Shown here piece by piece: positions 10,361 through 23,900 of a stretch of DNA of 64,000 nt. The notes under the pieces were generated by a model. It was given only the letters and a program-made list of their open reading frames with translations, made no database searches and had not been told where the DNA came from. The translations under genes and the position numbers were made by a program. Source of the DNA: Bugula neritina (taxonomy: Eukaryota > Animalia > Bryozoa); assembly GCA_964035545.1 (NCBI GenBank), contig OZ037766.1, forward strand, positions 17,881,081 through 17,945,080, read 5' to 3'. Position 1 is the stretch's first letter, and each line of letters opens with the position of its first letter.

Positions 10361-13300
10361 TGCAGTATATTTCAGTAGTTTGCAACATATTTCAGTAGGT
10401 TACCATATATTTCGGTATGTTGCAGCATATTTCAATGTGTTGCAGTGTATTTCAATATGTTACAGTGTATTTCAGTATGTTGCAGTATGTTGCAGTATGA
10501 TGCAGTATGTTTCAGTGTATTTCTGTATGTTACAGTGTATTTCAGTATGTTGCAGTATATTTCAGTATGTTACAGTATGTTTCAGTATGTTGCAGTATAT
10601 TTCAGTGGGTTATAGTATATTTCAATATGATACAGCGTATTTCAGTATGTTACAGTGTATTTCAGTATGTTGCAGCATTTTGCAATATATTTCAGTATGT
10701 TACAGCGTATTTCAGTATGTTGCAGTATATTTCCGTAAATTACACCATACTTCAGTGAGTTGTAGTATATTTCAGTATCTTGCAGTATATCTCAGTATGT
10801 TACTGTATATTTCAGTATGTTACAGTATATTTCAGTGTGTTACAGTAAATTTCAGTATGTTACAGTGCATTTGCAGATATTACACTATACTTCAGTGAGT
10901 TTTAGTGTCTTCCAGTATGTTCCAGTATATTTAAGTATGTTGCAGTATTTTGCAATATATTTTAGTATGTTACAGTGTATTTCAGTACGTTGCAGCATAT
11001 TTCAGTATGATACAATAAATTTCAGTGTGTTACAGTACATTTCTGCAAATTACACTATACTTCAGTGAGTTGTAGTATATTTCAGTATCTTGCAGTATAT
11101 CTCAGTATGTTTCAGTTTATTTCAGTATGTTCCAGTATATTTCAGCGTGTTTCAGTATATTTCAGCATGCCACAGTACATTTTTAGATTTTTCACTATAC
11201 TTCAGTGAGTTTTAGTGTCTTTCAGTATGTTGCAGTATAATTCGGTATCTTGCAACTTATTTCAATGTGTTGCAATGTATTTCAATATGTTACAGTGTAT
11301 TTAAGTATGTTGCAGTATGTTGCAGTGTATTTCAGTATGTTACAGTGTATTTCAGTAGGTTTCAGTATCTTGCAGTATATTTCAGTATGTTGCAGTATAT
11401 TTCAGTGGGTTACAGTATATTCCAGTATGTTCCAGTATGTTGCAGTATATTTCAGTATGTTGCAGTGTATTTCAGTATGTTACAGTGTATTTCAGTATGT
11501 TGCAGTATGTTGCAGTGTATTTCTGTATGTTACAGCGTATTTCTGTATGTTACAGTGTATTTCAGTAGTTTGCAACATATTTCAGTAGGTTACCATATAT
11601 TTCGGTATGTTGCAGCATATTTCAATGTGTTGCAGTGTATTTCAATATGTTACAGTGTAGTTCAGTATGTTGCAGTATGTTGCAGTGTATTTGTGTATGT
11701 TACAGGGTATTTCAGTATGTTGCAGTGTATTTCAGTATGTAGCAGTATATTTCAGTATGTTACAGTATGTTTCAGTATGTTGCAGTATATTTCAGTGGGT
11801 TATAGTATATTTCAGTATGATACAGCGTATTTGAGTATGTTACAGTATATTTCAGTGTGTTACAGTATGTTGAGTATATTTCAGTAGTTTGCAACATATT
11901 TCAGTAGGTTACCAGATATTTCGGTATGTTGCAGCATATTTCAATGTGTTGCAGTGTATTTCAATATGTTACAGTGTATTTCAGTATGTTGCAGTATGTT
12001 GCAGTATGATGCAGTACGTTGCAGTGTATTTCTGATTGTTACAGTGTATTTCAGTATGTTGCAGTATATTTCAGTATGTTACAGTATGTTTTAGTATGTT
12101 GCAGTATATTTCAGTGGGTTATAGTATATTTCAGTATGATACAGCGTATTTCAGTATGTTACAGTGTATTTCAGTATGTTGCAGCATTTTGCAATATATT
12201 TCAGTATGTTACAGCGTATTTCAGTATGTTGCAGTATATTTCAGTATGTTACAATAAATTTCAGTATGTTACAGTACATTTCCGTAAATTACACCATACT
12301 TCAGTGAGTTGTAGTATATTTCAGTATCTTGCAGTATATCTCAGTATGTTACTGTATATTTCAGTATGTTACAGTATATTTCAGTGTGTTACAGTAAATT
12401 TCAGTATGTTACAGTGCATTTGCAGATATTACACTATACTTCAGTGAGTTTTAGTGTCTTTCAGTATGTTCCAGTATATTTAAGTATGTTGCAGTATTTT
12501 GCAATATATTTTAGTATGTTACAGTGTATTTCAGTACGTTGCAGTATATTTCAGTATGATACAATAAATTTCAGTGTGTTACAGTACATTTCTGCAAATT
12601 ACACTATACTTCAGTGTGTTGTAGTATATTTCAGTATCTTGCAGTATATCTCAGTATGTTACAGTTTATTTCAGTATGTTCCAGTATATTTCAGCGTGTT
12701 TCAGTATATTTCAGCATGCCACAGTACATTTTTAGATTTTTCACTATACTTCAGTGAGTTTTAGTGTCTTTCAGTATGTTTCAGTATAATTCGGTAACTT
12801 GCAACTTATTTCAATGTGTTGCAATGTATTTCAATATGTTACAGTGTATTTAAGTATGTTGCAGTATGTTGCAGTGTATTTCAGTATGTTACAGTGTATT
12901 TCAGTAGGCTTCAGTATCTTGCAGTATATTTCAGTATGTTGCAGTATATTTCAGTGGGTTACAGTATATTCCAGTATGTTCCAGTATGTTGCAGTATATT
13001 TCAGTATGTTGCAGTGTATTTCAGTATGTTACAGTGTATTTCAGTATGTTGCAGTATGTTGCAGTGTATTTCTGTATGTTACAGCGTATTTCTGTATGTT
13101 ACAGTGTATTTCAGTAGTTTGCAACATATTTCAGTAGGTTACCATATATTTCGTTATGTTGCAGCATATTTCAATGTGTTGCAGTGTATTTCAATATGTT
13201 ACAGTGTATTTCAGTATGTTGCAGTATGTTGCAGTGTATTTCTGTATGTTACAGGGTATTTCAGTATGTTGCAGTGTATTTCAGTATGTTGCAGTATATT

Positions 13301-16300
13301 TCAGTATGTTACAGTATGTTTCAGTATGTTGCAGTATATTTCAGTGGGTTATAGTATATTTCAGTATGATACAGCGTATTTCAGTATGTTACAGTATATT
13401 TCAGTGTGTTACAGTATGTTGAGTATATTTCAGTAGTTTGCAACATATTTCAGTAGGTTACCAAATACTTCGGTATGTTGCAGCATATTTCAATGTGTTG
13501 CAGTGTATTTCAGTATGTTGCAGTATGTTGCAGTATGATGCAGTATGTTGCAGTGTATTTCTGATTGTTACAGTGTATTTCAGTATGTTGCAGTATATTT
13601 CAGTATGTTACAGTAAATTTCAGTATGTTACAGTGCATTTGCAGATATTACACTATACTTCAGTGAGTTTTAGTGTCTTTCAGTATGTTGCAGTATATTT
13701 CAGTATGTTGCAGTATTTTGCAATACATTTTAGTATGCTACAGTGTATTTTAGTATGTTGCAATATAATTCAGTATGATACAATAAATTCCAGTATGTTA
13801 CAGTACATTTCCATAAATTACACTATACTTCAGTGAGTTGTAGTACATTTTGGTATCTTGCAGTATATCTCAGTAGGTTACAGTATATTTCAGTATGTTG
13901 CAGTATATTTCAGCATGTTTCAGTATATTTCAGTATGTCACAGTGCGTTTCCAGATATTACACTATACTTCAGTGAGTTTTAGTGTTTTTCAGTATGTTG
14001 AAGTATGTTGCAGTGTATTTCAGTATGTTACAGTGTATTTCCGTAGGTTTCAGTGTCTTGCAGTATAATTCAGCATGTTGCAGTATATTTCAGGATGTTG
14101 CAGTATGTTTCAGTATGTTACAGTATTTTGCAGTATTTTGCAGTATAGTTCAGTGTGTTACAGTATATTTCATTATGTTGCAGTATGTTGCAGTATATTT
14201 CAGTAGTTTGCAACATATTTCAGTAGGTTACCATATATTTCGGTATGTTGCAGCATATTTCAATGTGTTGCAGTGTATTTCAATATGTTACAGTGTATTT
14301 CAGTATGTTGCAGTATATTTCAGTATGTTACAGTATGTTTTAGTATGTTGCAGTATATTTCAGTGGGTTATAGTATATTTCAGTATGATACAGCGTATTT
14401 CAGTATGTTACAGTGTATTTCAGTATGTTGCAGCATTTTGCAATATATTTCAGTATGTTACAGCGTATTTCAGTATGTTGCAGTATATTTCAGTATGTTA
14501 CAATAAATTTCAGTATGTTACAGTACATTTCCGTAAATTACACCATACTTCAGTGAGTTGTAGTATATTTCAGTATCTTGCAGTATATCTCAGTATGTTA
14601 CTGTATATTTCAGTATGTTACAGTATATTTCAGTGTGTTACAGTAAATTTCAGTATGTTACAGTGCATTTGCAGATATTACACTATACTTCAGTGAGTTT
14701 TAGTGTCTTTCAGTATGTTCCAGTATATTTAAGTATGTTGCAGTATTTTGCAATATATTTTAGTATGTTACAGTGTATTTCAGTACGTTGCAGTATATTT
14801 CAGTATGATACAATAAATTTCAGTGTGTTACAGTACATTTCTGCAAATTACACTATACTTCAGTGTTTTGTAGTATATTTCAGTATCTTGCAGTATATCT
14901 CAGTATGTTACAGTTTATTTCAGTATGTTCCAGTATATTTCAGCGTGTTTCAGTATATTTCAGCATGCCACACTACATTTTTAGATTTTTCACTATACTT
15001 CAGTGAGTTTTAGTGTCTTTCAGTATGTTTCAGTATAATTCGGTAACTTGCAACTTATTTCAATGTGTTGCAATGTATTTCAATATGTTACAGTGTATTT
15101 AAGTATGTTGCAGTATGTTGCAGTGTATTTCAGTATGTTACAGTGTATTTCAGTAGGCTTCAGTATCTTGCAGTATATTTCAGTATGTTGCAGTATATTT
15201 CAGTTGGTTACAGTATATTCCAGTATGTTCCAGTATGTTGCAGTATATTTCAGTATGTTGCAGTGTATTTCAGTATGTTACAGTGTATTTCAGTATGTTG
15301 CAGTATGTTGCAGTGTATTTCTGTATGTTACAGCGTATTTCTGTATGTTACAGTGTATTTCAGTAGTTTGCAACATATTTCAGTAGGTTACCATATATTT
15401 CGGTATGTTGCAGCATATTTCAATGTGTTGCAGTGTATTTCAATATGTTACAGTGTATTTCAGTATGTTGCAGTATGTTGCAGTGTATTTCTGTATGTTA
15501 CAGGGTATTTCAGTATGTTGCAGTGTATTTCAGTATGTTGCAGTATATTTCAGTATGTTACAGTATGTTTCAGTATGTTGCAGTATATTTCAGTGGGTTA
15601 TAGTATATTTCAGTATGATACAGCGTATTTCAGTATGTTACAGTATATTTTAGTGTGTTACAGTATGTTGAGTATATTTCAGTAGTTTGCAACATATTTC
15701 AGTAGGTTACCAGATACTTCGGTATGTTGCAGCATATTTCAATGTGTTGCAGTGTATTTCAGTATGTTGCAGTATGTTGCAGTATGATGCAGTATGTTGC
15801 AGTGTATTTCTGATTGTTACAGTGTATTTCAGTATGTTGCAGTATATTTCAGTATGTTACAGTAAATTTCAGTATGTTACAGTGCATTTGCAGATATTAC
15901 ACTATACTTCAGTGAGTTTTAGTGTCTTTCAGTATGTTGCAGTATATTTCAGTATGTTGCAGTATTTTGCAATACATTTTAGTATGCTACAGTGTATTTT
16001 AGTATGTTGCAATATAATTCAGTATGATACAATAAATTCCAGTATGTTACAGTACATTTCCATAAATTACACTATACTTCAGTGAGTTGTAGTACATTTT
16101 GGTATCTTGCAGTATATCTCAGTAGGTTACAGTATATTTCAGTATGTTGCAGTATATTTCAGCATGTTTCAGTATATTTCAGTATGTCACAGTGCGTTTC
16201 CAGATATTACACTATACTTCAGTGAGTTTTAGTGTTTTTCAGTATGTTGCAGTATGTTGCAGTGTATTTCAGTATGTTACAGTGTATTTCCGTAGGTTTC

Positions 16301-18959
16301 AGTGTCTTGCAGTATAATTCAGCATGTTGCAGTATATTTCAGGATGTTGCAGTATGTTTCAGTATGTTACAGTATTTTGCAGTATTTTGCAGTATAGTTC
16401 AGTGTGTTACAGTATATTTCATTATGTTGCAGTATGTTGCAGTATATTTCAGTAGTTTGCAACATATTTCAGTAGGTTACCATATATTTCGGTATGTTGC
16501 AGCATATTTCAATGTGTTGCAGTGTATTTCAATATGTTACAGTGTATTTCAGTATGTTGCAGTATATTTCAGTATGTTACAGTATGTTTCAGTATGTTGC
16601 AGTATATTTCAGTGGGTTATAGTACATTTCAGTATGATACAGCGTATTTCAGTATGTTACAGTGTATTTCAGTATGTTGCAGTATTTTGCAACATATTTC
16701 AGTATGTTACAGCGTATTTCGGTATGTTGCAGTATATTTCAGTATGTTACAAAAAATTTCAGTATGTTACAGTACATTTCCGTAAATTACACTATACTTC
16801 AGTGAGTTGTAGTGTATTTCAGTATCTTGCAGTATATCTCAGTATGTTACTGTATATTTCAGTATGTTACAGTATGTTTCAGTGTGTTACAGTAAATTTC
16901 AGTATGTTACAGTGCATTTGCAGATATTACACTATACTTCAGTGAGTTTTAGTGTCTTTCAGTATGTTGCAGTATATTTCAGTATGTTGCAGTATTTTGC
17001 AATACATTTTAGTATGCTACAGTGTGTTTTAGTATGTTGCAATATATTTCAGTATGATACAATAAATTCCAGTATGTTACAGTACATTTCCATAAATTAC
17101 ACTATACTTCAGTGAGTTGTAGTACATTTTGGTATCTTGCAGTATATCTCAGTAGGTTACAGTATATTTCAGTATGTTGCAGTATATTTCAGCATGTTTC
17201 AGTATATTTCAGTATGTCACAGTGCGTTTCCAGATATTACACTATACTTCAGTGAGTTTTAGTGTTTTTCAGTATGTTGCAGTATGTTGCAGTGTATTTC
17301 AGTATGTTACAGTGTATTTCAGTAGGTTTCAGTGTCTTGCAGTATAATTCAGCATGTTGCAGTATATTTCAGGATGTTGCGGTATGTTTCAGTATGTTAC
17401 AGTATTTTGCAGTATTTTGCAGTATAGTTCAGTGTGTTACAGTATATTTCATTATGTTGCAGTATGTTGCAGTATATTTCAGTAGTTTGCAACATATTTC
17501 AGTAGGTTACCATATATTTCGGTATGTTGCAGCATATTTCAATGTGTTGCAGTGTATTTCAATATGTTACAGTGTATTTCAGTATGTTGCAGTATGTTGC
17601 AGTATGATGCAGTATGTTTCAGTGTATTTCTGTATGTTACAGTGTATTTCAGTATGTTGCAGTATATTTCAGTATGTTACAGTATGTTTCAGTACGTTGC
17701 AGTATATTTCAGTGGGTTATAGTATATTTCAATATGATACAGCGTATTTCAGTATGTTACAGTGTATTTCAGTATGTTGCAGCATTTTGCAATATATTTC
17801 AGTATGTTACAGCGTATTTCAGTATGTTGCAGTATATTTCCGTAAATTACACCATACTTCAGTGAGTTGTAGTATATTTCAGTATCTTGCAGTATATCTC
17901 AGTATGTTACTGTATATTTCAGTATGTTACAGTAAATTTCAGTATGTTACAGTGCATTTGCAGATATTACACTATACTTCAGTGCGTTTTAGTGTCTTTC
18001 AGTATGTTCCAGTATATTTAAGTATGTTGCAGTATTTTGCAATATATTTTAGTATGTTACAGTGTATTTCAGTACGTTGCAGTATATTTCAGTATGATAC
18101 AATAAATTTCAGTGTGTTACAGTACATTTCTGCAAATTACACTATACTTCAGTGTTTTGTAGTATATTTCAGTATCTTGCAGTATAATTCAGTATGTTAC
18201 AGTTTATTTCAGTATGTTCCAGTATATTTCAGCGTGTTTCAGTATATTTCAGCATGCCACACTACATTTTTAGATTTTTCACTATACTTCAGTGAGTTTT
18301 AGTGTCTTTCAGTATGTTGCAGTATAATTCGGTATCTTGCAACTTATTTCAATGTGTTGCAATGTATTTCAATATGTTACAGTGTATTTAAGTATGTTGC
18401 AGTATGTTGCAGTGTATTTCAGTATGTTACAGTGTATTTCAGTAGGTTTCAGTATCTTGCAGTATATTTCAGTATGTTGCAGTATATTTCAGTGGGTTAC
18501 AGTATATTCCAGTATGTTCCAGTATGTTGCAGTATATTTCAGTATGTTGCAGTGTATTTCAGTATGTTACAGTGTATTTCAGTATGTTGCAGTATGTTGC
18601 AGTGTATTTCTGTATGTTACAGCGAATTTCTGTATGTTACAGTGTATTTCAGTAGTTTGCAACATATTTCAGTAGGTTACCATATATTTCGGTATGTTGC
18701 AGCATATTTCAATGTGTTGCAGTGTATTTCAATATGTTACAGTGTATTTTAGTATGTTGCAGTATGTTGCAGTGTATTTCTGTATGTTACAGGGTATTTC
18801 AGTATGTTGCAGTGTATTTCAGTATGTTGCAGTATATTTCAGTATGTTACAGTATGTTTCAGTATGTTGCAGTATATTTCAGTGGGTTATAGTATATTTC
18901 AGTATGATACAGCGTATTTCAGTATGTTACAGTATATTTCAGTGTGTTACAGTATGTTG

Positions 18960-20530
18960 AGTATATTTCAGTAGTTTGCAACATATTTCAGTAGGTTACC
19001 AGATATTTCGGTATGTTGCAGCATATTTCAATGTGTTGCAGTGTATTTCAATATGTTACAGTGTATTTCAGTATGTTGCAGTATGTTTCAGTATGTTGCA
19101 GTATATTTCAGTGGGTTATAGTATATTTCAGTATGATACAGCGTATTTCAGTATGTTACAGTGTATTTCAGTATGTTGCAGTATTTTGCAATATATTTCA
19201 GTATGTTACAGCGTATTTCAGTATGTTGCAGTATATTTCAGTATGTTACAAAAAATTTCAGTATGTTACAGTACATTTCCGTAAATTACACTATACTTCA
19301 GTGAGTTGTAGTGTATTTCAGTATCTTGCAGTATATCTCAGCATGTTACTGTATATTTCAGTATGTTACAGTATGTTTCAGTGTGTTACAGTAAATTTCA
19401 GTATGTTACAGTGCATTTGCAGATATTACACTATACTTCAGTGAGTTTTAGTGTCTTTCAGTATGTTGCAGTATATTTCAGTATGTTGCAGTATTTTGAA
19501 ATACATTTTAGTATGTTACAGTGTATTTTAGTATGTTGCAATATATTTCAGTATGATACAATAAATTCCAGTATGTTACAGTACATTTCCATAAATTACA
19601 CTATACTTCAGTGAGTTGTAGTACATTTTGGTATCTTGCAGTATATCTCAGTAGGTTACAGTATATTTCAGTATGTTGCAGTATATTTCAGTATGTTTCA
19701 GTATATTTCAGTGTATTTCAGTAGGTTTCAGTGTTTTGCAGTATAATTCAGCATGTTGCAGTATATTTCAGTATCTTGCAGTATATCTCAGTATGTTACA
19801 GTATATTTCAGTATGTTACAGCATATTTCAGTGTGTTACAGTATGTTGAGTATATTTCAGTAGTTTGCAACATATTTCAGTAGGTTACCAGATATTTCGG
19901 TATGATGCAGCATATTTCAATGTGTTGCAGTGCATTTCAATATGTTACAGTGTATTTCAGTATGTTGCAGTATGTTGCAGTATGATGCAGTATGTTGCAG
20001 TGTATTTCTGATTTTTACAGTGTATTTCAGTATGTTGCAGTATATTTCAGTATGTTACAGTATGTTTCAGTATGTTGCAGTATATTTCAGTGGGTTATAG
20101 TATATTTCAGTATGCTACAGCGTATTTCAGTATGTTACAGTGTATTTCAGTATGTTACAGTATGTTTCAGTATGTTGCAGTATATTTCCGTGGGTTATAG
20201 TATATTTCAGTATGATACAGCGTATTTCAGTATGTTTCAGTGTATTTCAGTATGTTGCGGTATTTTGCAATGCATTTCAGTATGTTACAGTGTATTTCAG
20301 TATGTTGCAGTATATTTCAGTATGTTACAATAAATTTCAGTATGTTACAGTACATTTCCATAAATTACACTATACTTCAGTGAGTTGTAGTATATTTCAG
20401 TATCTTGCAGTATATCTCAGTTTGTTACAGTATATTTCAGTGTGTTACAGTAAATTTCAGTATGTTACAGTGCATTTGCAGATATTACACTATACTTCAG
20501 TGAGTTTTAGTGTCTTTCAGTATGTTGCAG
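18960..20530 (+). repeat. Block duplicated at about 24225-25795 (offset 5265 bp), containing a truncated Y cassette
   Basis: The 889-bp marker spacing (18960-19849, 24225-25114) is shared, as are the junction CAGTGTTTTGCAGTATAATT and the variant TATGCTACAGCG. Confidence 0.82.
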
Positions 20531-23500
20531 TATATTTAAGTATGTTGCAGTATTTTGCAATATATTTTAGTATGTTACAGTGTATTTCAGTACGTTGCAG
20601 TATATTTCAGTATGATACAATAAATTTCAGTGTGTTACAGTACATTTCTGCAAACTACACTATACTTCAGTGAGTTGTAGTATATTTCAGTATCTTGCAG
20701 TATATCTCAGTATGTTACAGTTTATTTCAGTATGTTCCAGTATATTTCAACGTGTTTCAGTATATTTCAGTATGCCACAGTGCATTTTTAGATTTTTCAC
20801 TATACTTCAGTGAATTTTAGTGTCTTTCAGTATGTTGCAGTATATTTCGGTATCTTGCAACTTATTTCAATGTGTTGCAATGTATTTCAATATGTTACAG
20901 TGTATTTCAGTATGTTGCAGTATGTTGCAGTGTATTTCAGTATGTTACAGTGTATTTCAGTAGGTTTCAGTATCTTGCAGTATATTTCAGTATGTTGCAG
21001 TATATTTCAGTGGGTTACAGTATATTCCAGTATGTTCCATTATGTTGCAGTATATTTCAGTATGTTGCAGTGTATTTCAGTATGTTACAGTGTATTTCAG
21101 TATGTTGCAGTATGTTGCAGTGTATTTCTGTATGTTACAGCGTATTTCTGTATGTTACAGTGTATTTCAGTAGTTTGCAACATATTTCAGTAGGTTACCA
21201 TATATTTCGGTATGTTGCAGCATATTTCAATGAATTGCAGTGTATTTCAATATGTTACAGTGTATTTCAGTATGTTGCAGTATGTTGCAGTGTATTTCTG
21301 TATGTTACAGGGTATTTCAGTATGTTGCAGTATATTTCAGTATGTTACAGTATGTTTCAGTATGTTGCAGTATATTTCCGTGGGTTATAGTATATTTCAG
21401 TATGATACAGCGTATTTCAGTATGTTACAGTGTATTTCAGTATGTTGCAGTATTTTGGAACGCATTTCAGTATGTTACAGTGTATTTCAGTATGTTGCAG
21501 TATATTTCAGTATGTTACAATAAATTTCAGTATGTTACAGTACATTTCCGTAAATTACACCATACTTCAGTGAGTTGTAGTATATTTCAGTATTCGGCAG
21601 TATATCTCAGTATGTTACAGTATATTTCAGTATGTTACAGTATATTTCAGTGTGTTACAGTATGTTGAGTATATTTCAGTAGTTTGCAACATATTTCAGT
21701 AGGTTACCAGATATTTCGGTATATTGCAGCATATTTCAATGTGTTGCAGTGTATTTCAATATGTTACAGTGTATTTCAGCATGTTGCAGTATGTTGCAGT
21801 ATGATGCAGTATGTTTCAGTGTATTTCTGTATGTTACAGTGTATTTCAGTATCTTGCAGTATATTTCAGTATGTTACAGTATGTTTCAGTATGTTGCAGT
21901 ATATTTCAGTGGGTTATAGTATATTTCAGTATGATACAGCGTATTTCAGTATGTTACAGTGTATTTCAGTATGTTGCAGTATTTTGCAATATATTTCAGT
22001 ATGTTACAGCGTATTTCAGTATGTTGCAGTATATTTCAGTATGTTGCAGTGTTTTGCAATATATTTTAGTATGTTACAGTGTATTTCAGTACATTGCAGT
22101 ATATTTCAGTATGACACAATAAATTTCAGTGTGTTACAGTACATATCTGCAAATTACACTATACTTCAGTGAGTTGTAGTATATTTCAGTATCTTGCAGT
22201 ATATCTCAGTATGTTACAGTTTATTTCAGTATGTTCCAGTATATTTCAGCGTGTTTCAGTATAGTTCAGTATGCCACAGTGCATTTTTAGATTTTTCACT
22301 ATACTTCAGTGAGTTTTAGTGTCTTTCAGTATGTTGCAGTATATTTCGGTATCTTGCAACTTATTTCAATGTGTTGCAATGTATTTCAATATGTTACAGT
22401 GTATTTCAGTATGTTGCAGTATTTTGCAGTGTATTTAAGTATGTTACAGTGTATTTCAGTAGGTTTCAGTATCTTGCAGTATATTTCAGTATGTTGCAGT
22501 ATATTTCAGTGGGTTACAGTATATTCCAGTATGTTCCAGTATGTTGCAGTATATTTCAGTATGTTACAGTGTATTTCAGTATGTTGCAGTATGTTGCAGT
22601 GTATTTCTGTATGTTACAGCGTATTTCTGTATGTTACAGTGTGTTTCAGTAGTTTGCAACATATTTCAGTAGGTTACCATATATTTCGGTATGTTGCAGC
22701 ATATTTCAACGCGTTGCAGTGTATTTGAATATGTTACAGTGTATTTCAGTATGTTGCAGTATGTTGCAGTGTATTTCTGTATGTTACAGGGTATTTCAGT
22801 ATGTTGCAGTATATTTCAGTATGTTACAGTATGGTACAGTATGTTGCAGTATATTTCCGTGGGTTATAGTGTATTTCAGTATGATACAGCGTATTTCAGT
22901 ATGTTACAGTGTATTTCAGTATGTTGCAGTATTTTGCAATGCATTTCAGTATGTTACAGTGTATTTCAGTATGTTGCAGTATATTTCAGTATGTTATAAT
23001 AAATTTCAGTATGTTACAGTACATTTCCGTAAATTACACTATACCTCAGTGAGTTGTAGTATATTTCAGTATCTTGCAGTATATCTCAGTATGTTACAGT
23101 ATATTTCAGTATGTTACAGCATATTTCAGTGTGTTACAGTATGTTGAGTATATTTCAGTAGTTTGCAACATATTTCAGTAGGTTACCAGATATTTCCGTA
23201 TGTTGCAGCATATTTCAATGTGTTGCAGTGCATTTCAATATGTTACAGTGTATTTCAGTATGTTGCAGTATGTTGCAGTATGATGCAGTATGTTGCAGTG
23301 TATTTCTGATTGTTACAGTGTATTTCAGTATGTTGCAGTATATTTCAGTATGTTACAGTATGTTTCACTATGTTGCAGTATATTTCAGTGGGTTATAGTA
23401 TATTTCAGTATGATACAGCGTATTTCAGTATGTTACAGTGTATTTCAGTATGTTACAGTATGTTTCAGTATGTTGCAGTATATTTCCGTGGGTTATAGTA

Positions 23501-23900
23501 TATTTCAGTATGATACAGCGTATTTCAGTATGTTTCAGTGTATTTCAGTATGTTGCGGTATTTTGCAATGCATTTCAGTATGTTACAGTGTATTTCAGTA
23601 TGTTGCAGTATATTTCAGTATGTTACAATAAATTTCAGTATGTTACAGTACATTTCCGTAAATTATACCATACTTCAATGAGTTGTAGTATATTTCAGTA
23701 TCTTGCAGCATATCTCAGTATGTTACAGTATATTTCAGTATGTTACAGTATATTTCAGTGTGTTACAGTATGTTGAGTATATTTCAGTAGTTTGCAACAT
23801 ATTTCAGTAGGTTACCAGATATTTCGGTATGTTGCAGCATATTTCAATGTGTTGCAGTGTATTTCAATATGTTACAGTGTATTTCAGTATGTTGCAGTAT
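19990..23900 (+). repeat. About 4-kb block with dispersed copies at about 2560-6520 and about 32790-36700 (offsets 17390 and 12802 bp)
   Basis: TATTCGGCAG at 4201, 21591 and 34393; ACGCGT at 5319, 22709 and 35511; shared TTTTGGAA, ATATCTGC and ATGGTACAG; marker spacings of 1479 then 629 in all three copies. Confidence 0.85.

Larger units (their letters stand above)
7160..18900 (+). repeat. Nested local duplications, offsets 4858, 2249 and 7107 bp
   Basis: Private variants CGGTAACTTG and AGGCTTCAG occur three times (about 7.9-8.0, 12.8-12.9 and 15.0-15.2 kb). TTTCGTTATG, CCAAATAC and TTGAAGTATG occur twice at a 4858 offset. ORF offsets 7941/12799/15048 and 9125/13983/16232 agree. Confidence 0.85.
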
